Source of the DNA: an uncultured Acidobacteriota bacterium
GTDB lineage: Bacteria; Acidobacteriota; Blastocatellia; RBC074
Reading direction: 5' to 3'
Assembly: GCA_963796275.1 (NCBI GenBank)
Contig: CAWCKY010000003.1
Location: 1,216,001 to 1,280,000, forward strand
Length of the DNA: 64,000 nt
The translations under genes were made by a program, and so were the position numbers. Below, in pieces: positions 10,223-19,364 of this stretch. Within the stretch, counting starts at the first letter, position 1; each line of letters starts with the position of its first letter. A model generated the notes under the pieces. The model had not been told where the DNA came from, did no database searches, and saw only the letters and a program-made list of their open reading frames with translations.

Positions 10223-10241
10223 TTTTCTGAGGAGATACAAA

Positions 10242-11750
10242 ATGAAAAATATATTTCGATCCATTTGTGTAGTGGCCATTGTTGTCATCACATCCTCGAT
10301 TCTTCGCGCCGATGTGAAGTTGCCAGCCATCATCTCCGACGGCATGGTTCTGCAGCAGGGAATAAATCTGCCGTTATGGGGATGGGCGGATGAAGGTGAA
10401 GCGGTCACGGTCGAATTTCTGGATCAGAAGGTCATGGCGACCGCCAAGGATGGCCGATGGACAGTGCGGCTCAAACCGCTCAAAGCCGGCGGCCCATTCA
10501 CGCTGACGATCAGCGGCAAGAACAAGCTCGAACTCAAGAACGTGTTGGTTGGCGAGGTTTGGATATGCAGCGGCCAGTCAAATATGCAATGGACACTGAA
10601 AAACACCACCGATGGCGATGCCGAGATCGCCAAAGCGAACTATCCGATGATTCGCCTCTTCACGGTCCCGCGCCTCGAGACAGAAACGCCTGTCAGCGAT
10701 GTCAAGTCGAAGTGGAATGAAACCAACCCGGAGACAGTCGCAGGCTTCTCCGCCGTCGGCTACTTTTTCGGGCGCGACCTGCAGAAAGCGCGCAACGTCC
10801 CTATCGGTTTGATCAATAATGCCGTCGGCGGTTCGCCCGCTGAGTCTTGGACGAAAGCTGGCCTGCTTAAAGCCAATGTTGAATATAAGAAATTCTTTGA
10901 TATTTACTTGCAAGGAATGGAGCGATACCAGAAGGCGTTGGAGCAACACAAAGAAGCGGTCGAAAAGGCCAAGGCCGATGGCAAACCGGCACCGCGCGCG
11001 CCGGGCAAGCCGTGGATGCCTGCGGGATTGTACAACGGGATGCTCGTGCCGATTATACCGTTCGCCATTCGCGGAGCTATCTGGTATCAGGGCGAATCGA
11101 ACGCAGGACGCGCATATCAGTACCGCGAATTATTTCCCGATATGATTCGCAACTGGCGTGCGGATTGGGGGCAGGGCGATTTCCCCTTCCTTCTGGTTCA
11201 ACTCGCAGCCTTCGGCCCCAACTCGCCGAATCTCGGGGAGAGCGACTGGGCGGAGCTGCGCGAGGCGCAGTCGATGACTCTCACTTCCGTGCCGAAAACA
11301 GGCATGGCGGTCGCGATCGATGTGGGGGATATCAACGATATTCACCCGAGAAACAAACAGCCAGTCGGTTCTCGGTTGGCGCTCTCGGCGCGCGCCGTCG
11401 CTTATGGCGAGAAGATCGTTCACTCCGGCCCGGTCTACCAGTCGGTGAAGATAGACGGGAACAAAGCCATCCTCAATTTCGCACATACAGCTGGCGGGCT
11501 CGAAGCGCGCGGAGGAGCACTGAAAGGGTTCATCGTCGCGGGCGAAGACAAGGTCTGGCACGAGGCGAAAGCCGAAATTAAAGGTAAGAATATCGAGGTG
11601 GTAAGTGACAAAGTCGCCAAACCGGTGGCCGTGCGTTACGGATGGGCGAAGTATCCCGACTGCAACCTCTACAATAAGGAAGGGCTGCCCGCTTCGCCGT
11701 TCCGAACGGATAAATGGCCCGGAGTAACAGTGCCGAAACCACAGCCCTGA
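10242..11750 (+). CDS. Sialate O-acetylesterase (SASA/SGNH family)
   Basis: [28 protein letters not shown]; signal peptide. Confidence 0.92.
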   Translation: MKNIFRSICVVAIVVITSSILRADVKLPAIISDGMVLQQGINLPLWGWADEGEAVTVEFLDQKVMATAKDGRWTVRLKPLKAGGPFTLTISGKNKLELKNVLVGEVWICSGQSNMQWTLKNTTDGDAEIAKANYPMIRLFTVPRLETETPVSDVKSKWNETNPETVAGFSAVGYFFGRDLQKARNVPIGLINNAVGGSPAESWTKAGLLKANVEYKKFFDIYLQGMERYQKALEQHKEAVEKAKADGKPAPRAPGKPWMPAGLYNGMLVPIIPFAIRGAIWYQGESNAGRAYQYRELFPDMIRNWRADWGQGDFPFLLVQLAAFGPNSPNLGESDWAELREAQSMTLTSVPKTGMAVAIDVGDINDIHPRNKQPVGSRLALSARAVAYGEKIVHSGPVYQSVKIDGNKAILNFAHTAGGLEARGGALKGFIVAGEDKVWHEAKAEIKGKNIEVVSDKVAKPVAVRYGWAKYPDCNLYNKEGLPASPFRTDKWPGVTVPKPQP

Positions 11751-11775
11751 GAATTTTCACCAGAACACTAAAAAT

Positions 11776-14667
11776 ATGACAAAAAGCACAAAAAGAATAG
11801 AGACACGCGTAATTTCAATGATATCTCTCTTTTTGTGCTTTTTGTTCTCCTTATCCGTTTTTTATGGGGAAGTTCCATCAGCCGAGATCGAATGGCCGAA
11901 GATAACGAGCCAGACCAAACCCTGGAGCCGCTGGTGGTGGCTGGGCAATGTCGTCAATAAGAAAGACCTCTCGATTGAGATGGAGAAGTACCAGAAGGCC
12001 GGGTTGGGTGGATTGGAGATAACGCCGATTTACGGCGTCAAGGGTTACGAAGATCGATTCATCGACTATCTGTCGCCGGCGTGGATGGAGATGCTCGATC
12101 ATACTTTGAAAGAGGCTGATCGCCTGGGTCTGGGCATTGATATGGCCACTGGGACCGGATGGCCATTTGGCGGACCGTGGGTGGGCTCTGATGATGCTTG
12201 CAGGAATGTCGTTCATAAGACTTATAAATTGAAGAGCGGCGAGAGCCTCAGGGAGCCGGTCATCTATTTGCAGAAGCCGCTGGTCAGGGCGATTGGCCGT
12301 CGCGTGACGATTGCGGAACTGAAAGAACCCATCAGCGCCAATCAGAATCTGCAGGCTCTCGCTCTCGATCAGGTCAGGTTTGAAAAGAAGTTGGCTCCGC
12401 ATCTACTCATGGCCTTCTCGGATAAAGGTGCGTCGCTCGACCTGACAGGCAAAGTCGATGGCAGCGGAAAACTGAGTTGGGTTGCGCCGGAGGGCAGCGG
12501 CAGCTGGACGTTGTATGCTCTTTTTCAAGGCTGGCACGGAAAGATGGTGGAGCGCGCGGGTCCTGGAGGCGAGGGCGACGTCATCGACCATTTCTCGGGT
12601 AGGGCGCTCCAGAACTACCTGAAAAAATTCGACCAGGCGTTTGCCGGACACGATATCAAATCGCTGCGGGCATTTTTCAATGACTCATATGAAGTAGACG
12701 ATGCCGATGGAGACTCGAACTGGACCCCCGGTTTCCTGGAGCAATTCAACAGGCGGCGCGGCTATGATCTTCGCAGCCAATTGCCGGCTCTCTTCGGTAA
12801 TGATACCGAAGAGAAAAACGCGCGCGTGCGCTGCGACTATCGCGAGACGCTATCCGAGCTTCTTCTAGAAGAGTTCACGATCCCATGGCGCCAGTGGGCT
12901 GCAGGCAAAGGCGCCGTCGTTCGCAATCAATCGCACGGGTCTCCCGCCAATATTCTCGACCTTTATGCGGCAAGCGATATACCGGAGACAGAAGGATCGG
13001 ACATACATAGAATCAAATTCGCTTCATCCGCCGCCAATGTTTCAGGCAAACCGCTCACATCCTCCGAATCGGCCACCTGGCTCAACGAGCATTTCGTGTC
13101 GACGCTCGGTGACGTGAAAGGAGCGATCGATCGGTTTTTCCTGGGAGGGGTCAATCATATTTTTTACCACGGAACGCCATATTCGCCGTCAAGCGAGGAA
13201 TGGCCCGGCTTGCTCTTCTACGCCGCGGTGCACTTCGGCCCGAGCAACTCCTTCTGGAACGATTTCCCAGCATTAAATAGATACGTGGCGCGTTGCCAGT
13301 CCTTCCTTCAATCGGGACGACCCGACAACGATGCTCTCCTCTATTACCCTATCTATGATAGCTGGTCGAACGCGGGGAAAAACATGCTCGTGCATTTCGG
13401 CCAGGGCATCGAGGGCGCCATGACGCAGAGCGCCGGGGAGGAGATGCTCAAGACCGGTTACTCTTATGATTTGATCTCGGATCGGCAACTGGAGAGAGTA
13501 GAGATCGCAGGCAATTCCATTCGGACGGGCGGCAATTCTTATCAGGTGGTGGTTCTTCCGGAATGCCGGTTCATCCCTCTCAAGACATTCGACAGGTTGG
13601 TAGAGTTAGCGAAGAGAGGGGCCACGATTGTCGTGCAAAATAGCTTGCCATCCGATGTGTCCGGCTGGGGTAACCTCGATGGGCGTCGAAACGATTTCAA
13701 GAAACTGGTCGCGGGACTCCAATTTGCGAAGGAAAAAAACGCCGAGATTCAGAGCGCGAAGGCCGGCAAGGGCAGGTTTCTGCTCGGTAAAGACCTGGGC
13801 CAATTGCTCTCTTTTGCCGGGATCAAGCGGGAGTCACTGGTAGATAGAGGGCTGGAGTTTGTTCGCCGCCAATACGATAAAGGCCGTTATTATTTTATCC
13901 TCAATAGCGGCAACGACCTTTTCGAAGGTTGGGTTCCACTTCAAACCGGCGCAAGATCGGTAGCAATCTTCAATCCCGTGCTGGAAGAGAAGGGAATGGC
14001 CGAGCAACGAAATTCGGGGACCGGAGCCAAAGAGGTCTACCTTCAGCTTGCGCCCGGAGAATCGTGCATTTTGAAGACGTTTGATGATGGTGTTAAAGCG
14101 CCGGTGTATGGATATTTCGAAAAGAGAGGCGAGGCGAATAAGATCGCCGGACCGTGGTCTGTGAAATTTATCGATGGGGGACCGGAGCTGCCGGTCGATG
14201 CTGAGACGCGCGAACTTGGTTCGTGGACCACTTTTGGTGGAGAGGCGGTTATGAGATTTTCCGGCACAGCGAGGTATTCTATAACTTTCGAGAAACCCAA
14301 AGGAGATGCTGATGGATGGCTGCTCGATCTTGGCCGCGTCTGCGAGAGCGCGCGCGTTTTGATCAACGGGAAGGAACTGGGCGTTCTGATCAATCCACCC
14401 TACAGAATCCGGATACCCAAAGCGATAGTGATCGAGAAGAATACTCTTGAAATCGACGTCTCGAATTTGATGGCGAATCGAATCGCCGATCTGGATCGCC
14501 GCAATGTGAATTGGAAGAAGTTCTACAATATCAATTTTCCCTCGCGCAGACCTGAGAACCGGGGAGCCGATGGCTTGTTCGATGCGTCGCGCTGGCTCCC
14601 GCGAGATTCGGGGTTGATTGGGCCTGTTACCCTCACGCCTGTGGAAGTCATGAACTTCGGAAAGTAA
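11776..14667 (+). CDS. Glycoside hydrolase, GH106-like (putative alpha-L-rhamnosidase), secreted
   Basis: KPWSRWWWLG, GTGWPFGGP, FFNDSYEV, QSHGSP, SSESATW, SGLIGPV. Confidence 0.82.
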   Translation: MTKSTKRIETRVISMISLFLCFLFSLSVFYGEVPSAEIEWPKITSQTKPWSRWWWLGNVVNKKDLSIEMEKYQKAGLGGLEITPIYGVKGYEDRFIDYLSPAWMEMLDHTLKEADRLGLGIDMATGTGWPFGGPWVGSDDACRNVVHKTYKLKSGESLREPVIYLQKPLVRAIGRRVTIAELKEPISANQNLQALALDQVRFEKKLAPHLLMAFSDKGASLDLTGKVDGSGKLSWVAPEGSGSWTLYALFQGWHGKMVERAGPGGEGDVIDHFSGRALQNYLKKFDQAFAGHDIKSLRAFFNDSYEVDDADGDSNWTPGFLEQFNRRRGYDLRSQLPALFGNDTEEKNARVRCDYRETLSELLLEEFTIPWRQWAAGKGAVVRNQSHGSPANILDLYAASDIPETEGSDIHRIKFASSAANVSGKPLTSSESATWLNEHFVSTLGDVKGAIDRFFLGGVNHIFYHGTPYSPSSEEWPGLLFYAAVHFGPSNSFWNDFPALNRYVARCQSFLQSGRPDNDALLYYPIYDSWSNAGKNMLVHFGQGIEGAMTQSAGEEMLKTGYSYDLISDRQLERVEIAGNSIRTGGNSYQVVVLPECRFIPLKTFDRLVELAKRGATIVVQNSLPSDVSGWGNLDGRRNDFKKLVAGLQFAKEKNAEIQSAKAGKGRFLLGKDLGQLLSFAGIKRESLVDRGLEFVRRQYDKGRYYFILNSGNDLFEGWVPLQTGARSVAIFNPVLEEKGMAEQRNSGTGAKEVYLQLAPGESCILKTFDDGVKAPVYGYFEKRGEANKIAGPWSVKFIDGGPELPVDAETRELGSWTTFGGEAVMRFSGTARYSITFEKPKGDADGWLLDLGRVCESARVLINGKELGVLINPPYRIRIPKAIVIEKNTLEIDVSNLMANRIADLDRRNVNWKKFYNINFPSRRPENRGADGLFDASRWLPRDSGLIGPVTLTPVEVMNFGK
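11779..11845. repeat. 9-mer-armed hairpin inside the 5' end of the GH106-like CDS
   Basis: Perfect 18-bp inverted repeat ACAAAAAGCACAAAAAGA (11779-11796) / TCTTTTTGTGCTTTTTGT (11828-11845). Confidence 0.85.
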
Positions 14668-14763
14668 TAAAAAAATCAGCCATCTCTAGGATGCAACGCT
14701 TGTAATGCTGAGATAGCGGTTCTCTCTACTAAGGTGCGCGGATCGGAAACCGGCTGCCCGAGT

Positions 14764-15315
14764 TCAACGATCATCTCTTTTCATCAGACGATTTGCGGGC
14801 AAGCTGGGATTGAGAACTTTTTCTGCACTCTCAACTCCTGCAACGGGCAATTGTGTGGCATCGAGCAGACCCAGTTGAGCGAGGACCGAAGCCTGGTCCC
14901 AGTATATATGTTCATGCTTGAGCTTCCCTTCGCGGAAATGCACGATCACCACGAGCGGAACTTTGACGTGCTTGCCCGTTGGGGCAATCCCGGGCAACAT
15001 CCAATCCATCTTGACCGTATGTGTGAACTCAAAGATCATCTCTTCGACCAGGCGATCGACTCCGATCGTGCGGGATATTGGTGTGATCGTCGTATCGGGC
15101 GGCATCTGCGGAATGAAGTGTTGCGAGTAGAACTCGCGTAACTCATTTTGCCCGATCCCGCCGGTCAGCACCGGTATGTGGTTTACATAAGCATCATCGA
15201 CCATAGTCTTGAGCGTGCTTTCCGTGTCCTTTGTGACGAATTCGTGTTTCAAGTGTTCTTCCCATACCGCAGTTAGCCGTGAGTCTATGCCGCCAGAATC
15301 TTTTATCTTTGCCAT
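14764..15315 (-). CDS. SnoaL-like/ester cyclase (NTF2 fold) protein
   Basis: WEEHLKHEF, YVNHIPVLTGG, HEHIYWDQASVL. Confidence 0.85.
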   Translation of the reverse strand: MAKIKDSGGIDSRLTAVWEEHLKHEFVTKDTESTLKTMVDDAYVNHIPVLTGGIGQNELREFYSQHFIPQMPPDTTITPISRTIGVDRLVEEMIFEFTHTVKMDWMLPGIAPTGKHVKVPLVVIVHFREGKLKHEHIYWDQASVLAQLGLLDATQLPVAGVESAEKVLNPSLPANRLMKRDDR

Positions 15316-15458
15316 GTGAGCCCTCTAAGCAACCAGAAAACATATCAAACACAACGTTAATTTCGAGAGGCTGACTCCTACTATTTTTCCGCCTCTATCA
15401 GACATTATATTGGGGAATTTCCAGGAGGATCAATTCCCGGGTGCTCTTTTACCGCATT

Positions 15459-15487
15459 TTAAGCGGCAACAGCACTCGGGATATAAT
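15459..15487 (+). promoter_or_regulatory. Sigma70-type promoter, probably leaderless transcript
   Basis: TTAAGC-N17-TATAAT; ATG 8 nt after the -10; no SD. Confidence 0.5.
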
Positions 15488-15495
15488 GCGCCTCG

Positions 15496-16971
15496 ATGCA
15501 ACTTACCGACATTTTCAACTTATCACTCGTTGGCCGATCGGCGGCTAACGCGCTCGAATACGACTCTGCCGAGGGGAATGTAGGGCGTCTCACATTCGGC
15601 GATCTCGATGTCCGAAGTAATCGCGTGGCTCGTTTGCTACTCTCGCGCGGTATCGCGCGTGGCGATCGGCTGGGATTCTTTTTGCCGAATCGAGTCGAAT
15701 TTATAGATCTGTTTCTCGCTTGCGTCAAACTCGGCGTCATCGTTGTCCCGATAAATGTGTTGTATCGAGAACGGGAGATAGAACACATTGCCGGCGATTC
15801 CCAACCGGCAGCCGTCGTGACAACGCGCGAATTGAATCCCCTCATACCTTCGCGCATAACAAGTTGGGACGTCGATGAAATTACCGCCTCCGCGCTGAAC
15901 CACTCCGGCGCACACATGCGGATCGCGATAGATGGTGACGATCCCGCCGCGATAGTCTACACATCGGGCACGACAGGGCGCTCCAAGGGGGCTGTGCTGA
16001 CACACAACAACTTCGCGTCAAATACTGTTAATCTGCTCACATGCTGGCGGATCACGAGCGATGATCGCTACCTTGCCGTCCTGCCTCTGTTTCACGTCCA
16101 TGGCCTCGGCAACGGCGTGCATGCCTGGCTGGGGAGCGGATGCAGCATGCGGCTCGCGGAGCGCTTCGACGCGAGTCGTGCGACTGCCCTCTTCGAAACT
16201 TTTCATCCGACGCTTTTTTTCGGCGTTCCTACTATCTATTTCAGATTATTGGAGTTCCCAGAAGACCTGGCCCATCGAATCGGCGCGCGAATGCGTCTCT
16301 TCGTTTCCGGCTCGGCACCCTTACCCGGTCAAGTGTTTTCAGCATTTCGTGAGAGGTTCGGTCACACGATACTAGAACGGTATGGAATGAGCGAAACTCT
16401 GATGAATATAAGCAACCCTTACGAGGGAGAACGCCGCCCGGGATCGGTCGGGTTGCCCCTACCCGGGGTCTCAGTTGTCATTCTGAATGATGATGGGGTT
16501 GAAGCGGGTGATGGGAATGTCGGGGAACTCAGTGTCCGTGGTCCAAATGTCTTCCCAGGCTATTGGGGGCACACGCGAGGCCAAAATCCGGAAACAGGAC
16601 CCGATGTCGATGGCTGGTTTCGCACCGGCGATCTGGCGGAGCGTTCGGCCGATGGCTATTTCACGCTGCGCGGGCGTAGGACCGACCTGATAATCTCCGG
16701 CGGGTTCAATATTTATCCACGGGAAATTGAAGAATTGTTGCTCGAACAGCCGGGTGTACGCGAAGTCGCGGTTTGCGGAGCACCAGATGAAAGACGGGGA
16801 GAGGTTCCGGTCGCCTATATTGTTGCGGATGGGTTGCTCGATGAGGCCGCGCTGATGGATGCGTGTCGGCGATCACTAGCGTCGTTCAAGACGCCACGTG
16901 TATTCGTTCGTGTGAATGAGTTGCCGCGAAATGCTCTGGGCAAAGTGCAGAAACATCTGCTCAAGCCATAA
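15496..16971 (+). CDS. Acyl-CoA synthetase, malonyl-CoA synthetase (MatB)-like
   Basis: YTSGTTGRSKGA, LPLFHVHGL, ERYGMSET, FRTGD, PRNALGKVQK. Confidence 0.88.
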   Translation: MQLTDIFNLSLVGRSAANALEYDSAEGNVGRLTFGDLDVRSNRVARLLLSRGIARGDRLGFFLPNRVEFIDLFLACVKLGVIVVPINVLYREREIEHIAGDSQPAAVVTTRELNPLIPSRITSWDVDEITASALNHSGAHMRIAIDGDDPAAIVYTSGTTGRSKGAVLTHNNFASNTVNLLTCWRITSDDRYLAVLPLFHVHGLGNGVHAWLGSGCSMRLAERFDASRATALFETFHPTLFFGVPTIYFRLLEFPEDLAHRIGARMRLFVSGSAPLPGQVFSAFRERFGHTILERYGMSETLMNISNPYEGERRPGSVGLPLPGVSVVILNDDGVEAGDGNVGELSVRGPNVFPGYWGHTRGQNPETGPDVDGWFRTGDLAERSADGYFTLRGRRTDLIISGGFNIYPREIEELLLEQPGVREVAVCGAPDERRGEVPVAYIVADGLLDEAALMDACRRSLASFKTPRVFVRVNELPRNALGKVQKHLLKP

Positions 16972-16980
16972 TAATCAAAA

Positions 16981-17039
16981 ACCGCCAAGATGCCGTCAGC
17001 GCCAAGTATAACTATTGGCGCTAATGGCATCCTGACGGT
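16981..17039. repeat. 9-mer-periodic hairpin between convergent genes (possible terminator)
   Basis: 25-bp arms 16981-17005 / 17015-17039 with 4 mismatches; CGCCAAG recurs at an 18-nt spacing. Confidence 0.75.
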
Positions 17040-17078
17040 GTAATTATTTCCTGAATTCTAGTGATGCAGCCAGGCTAC

Positions 17079-18125
17079 CTATTCCGTTCTGCCAGACCCT
17101 GCCGCCGCGGCACCCATTCCTTTGCTAACCAGAATCGCTATCTCAACACGGCGGTTCTGTTCGCGTCCCTCACGGGTTGTATTGTCACCGACTGGTTTCA
17201 ATTCACCGAACCCATAAGGAGTGATGATGCGACGCTGCGGAATATCGTGATTTTCAATCAGATAACTGATAACAGCGTTGGTTCGCTTCTCACTGAGTTG
17301 ACGATTGTATGATTGGTTACCGTCAGCCGAAGCGAATCCGGCTACCTGGATGACATAGCCTTTTTCATTCTTGGCCTGAGTGGCGAGTTCGTCGAGAGCA
17401 GCCTGCGACTCGGTTGAGAGTTTGGAGCTGTTGACCTTGAAGTTGATGGTAATGGTGTTCTTCGCTTCGAAATCATCCAAGGTCGAAACACGATCATCAA
17501 CTGCATTCACCCGCTGGTTGGTTTCATTGATTCGTTGGTTGGCAGCATTGACCTCGGCGATAGCCTTATCGGCCGTATCCTGAGCAGCTTTGGCGCCGCC
17601 GCGAGCCGTATTAGCCACAGCCGCAAGCTCCTCGAGCTGTCCTGAAAGCCTTTGCTGATTTTGTTCTGATTGCGCCAGACGACCTTCAGCTTCTCCTACG
17701 CGATCCTCAACCGGATCAACGCGCGACTCAAGCGAAGCCGCATCTTGAAACTGTTCGTCAGTGAATTTGACCTTTTCGGCAACAAGCGTGCCTGAATCAT
17801 TTCCGCGCCCTTCTACTTCTACCCATAGGCCGCGAACCAAGGCGTTCATATCATATTGCCTTGCACTGCGAAATGGGTTCTTCTTGTTCTCTTGTATTTT
17901 GGTCGTCCCGTTAAGGTTAACCGTTATTTCCGATCGATTCCGATCGCGAAGAACCAAACTTTCTCCTTCGCGCTTGACGATAATCCCGGAAACTTTCTGC
18001 TTCTTCCCTGACTCAAATCGTGGACCCTGATTTGTAGCCTGGTCTTGTGCCTGTGCATAAGTTGGGACCAATAGGCTAAGTCCCATCATTACTGCCAGTC
18101 CAAACTTAAGTTTAATATCTTGCAT
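17079..18125 (-). CDS. OmpA C-terminal domain protein with N-terminal DUF5666-like domain and coiled coil
   Basis: INFKVNSSKL, GFASADG, NRQLSEKR, NRRVEI; signal peptide. Confidence 0.9.
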   Translation of the reverse strand: MQDIKLKFGLAVMMGLSLLVPTYAQAQDQATNQGPRFESGKKQKVSGIIVKREGESLVLRDRNRSEITVNLNGTTKIQENKKNPFRSARQYDMNALVRGLWVEVEGRGNDSGTLVAEKVKFTDEQFQDAASLESRVDPVEDRVGEAEGRLAQSEQNQQRLSGQLEELAAVANTARGGAKAAQDTADKAIAEVNAANQRINETNQRVNAVDDRVSTLDDFEAKNTITINFKVNSSKLSTESQAALDELATQAKNEKGYVIQVAGFASADGNQSYNRQLSEKRTNAVISYLIENHDIPQRRIITPYGFGELKPVGDNTTREGREQNRRVEIAILVSKGMGAAAAGSGRTE

Positions 18126-18182
18126 AATTCGTGTTCCCTCCAGAGGTAGAATCTACTTTCATTTTGCGAGCGACTTCCTAAG

Positions 18183-18198
18183 CGCAAGCCCCGTGCCT
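18183..18198 (-). promoter_or_regulatory. Putative sigma54 (-24/-12) promoter for the OmpA-like gene
   Basis: Minus strand reads AGGCACGGGGCTTGCG (GG-N10-GC), about 60 nt upstream of the ATG, with a long AT-rich region further upstream. Confidence 0.6.
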
Positions 18199-18470
18199 CA
18201 GAATTAATCGCAAAAATTTTTTTGCATTATTTTTCTATGTATACACAAGGTAAGGTTTTATTGCCGCTCCTGCGCAACAATTTCCCAGCGTTATCTGGGA
18301 TTTTGTTTACTTAGGAGTACTAGTTTATTCCACACGAAATCAGTAATTGTTTGGTTTCCGAACATTACCGATTTATACACAAATCAGTTTTCAAAGTAGC
18401 GAATGGAAGAATGAATCGGGTGAGGCAAAATTGACAATGTTCGCAAAGAATTACCGATGAGTTGGGAAAG

Positions 18471-18537
18471 TTAGTAGGCAGTGGGTAGTTTGTTCAGACT
18501 GTGGCAAAATGTTTACAAACTGCCCGCTGCCTAATAA
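18471..18537. repeat. Heptamer-armed hairpin, TAGGCAG family
   Basis: 23-bp arms 18471-18493 / 18515-18537 with 3 mismatches, two of them G-T. Confidence 0.75.
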
Positions 18538-18622
18538 ATATTGATAAATGTTCCAGAAGTATTAACGGATCTGATGACAAACCCGAGAAAACTGGAAGAA
18601 AAAATGAAATCTATAATGTAAA

Positions 18623-19006
18623 TTAGGTTGTTACTGCAGCCTGGGGTTCGCGGAGTAAGCCGATGACCATGAAGACGGCCCCGAGGAGCAGGTGGACGAG
18701 ATTGTCCATCAAGAGACTGGGAGATTCAGACATAGCGTGCCCCATCAACAGGCTTACTACTACTGTTGGTGCAATAAATCCGAGTAGGCCTACTAGAAGG
18801 TAAACCACACCGAAGACCTGACAGAACGAATGAGCCGCTCTGGTCGATCCTGCGAAACCGAAATAGAGGGCAACCAATGAAGTTGCCAGGTGAACGATAT
18901 TGTGGATAAGGGTAAGATGGAGCCCCAATAGGTTTTCTGCGAAGAATCCCACGATTCCTACCAGAAGAAATGCGACACCCATAACTTTACATATTGTTTT
19001 AGCCAT
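18623..19006 (-). CDS. DUF4383-like membrane protein
   Basis: Four hydrophobic segments; HNIVHL, GVVYLLVGLLGF, DNLVHL. Confidence 0.8.
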   Translation of the reverse strand: MAKTICKVMGVAFLLVGIVGFFAENLLGLHLTLIHNIVHLATSLVALYFGFAGSTRAAHSFCQVFGVVYLLVGLLGFIAPTVVVSLLMGHAMSESPSLLMDNLVHLLLGAVFMVIGLLREPQAAVTT

Positions 19007-19364
19007 AACTCTCTCCTTAGATTGTGCCCAGATCAGCGAGGGGCTTTTCGCAATCTCAGCGTTGTGTTTGGAAACTGGCTATTGTGATGCTACTTGTGCA
19101 TGATCAAGCGAAGTTACACTATATTGTTAATACAAGAGGGGGGAATTTACAAGCAAATTTAGCCATAGATATTATATGAGATGAGGATCGATTCATCTAA
19201 TTATATGCCCGTAGACGCTTGTAACTTTTGAAACAATGATGCGACACGGTTGGGAAGTAAATGTGTGAAATGGCGTTAGTTTACCCTATCAAATTGGTCG
19301 CATTTTCTAGAGAAAAGTTGTCGGGCAGGTAAATATAGGGAGTGACGCAATCGTTTGGTAATAC

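Noticed and set aside
19076-19091. Sigma54-like TGGCTATTGTGATGCT on the + strand
   Set aside because: Spacing is right but the match is weak and no + strand gene follows; an sRNA cannot be excluded but has no support.
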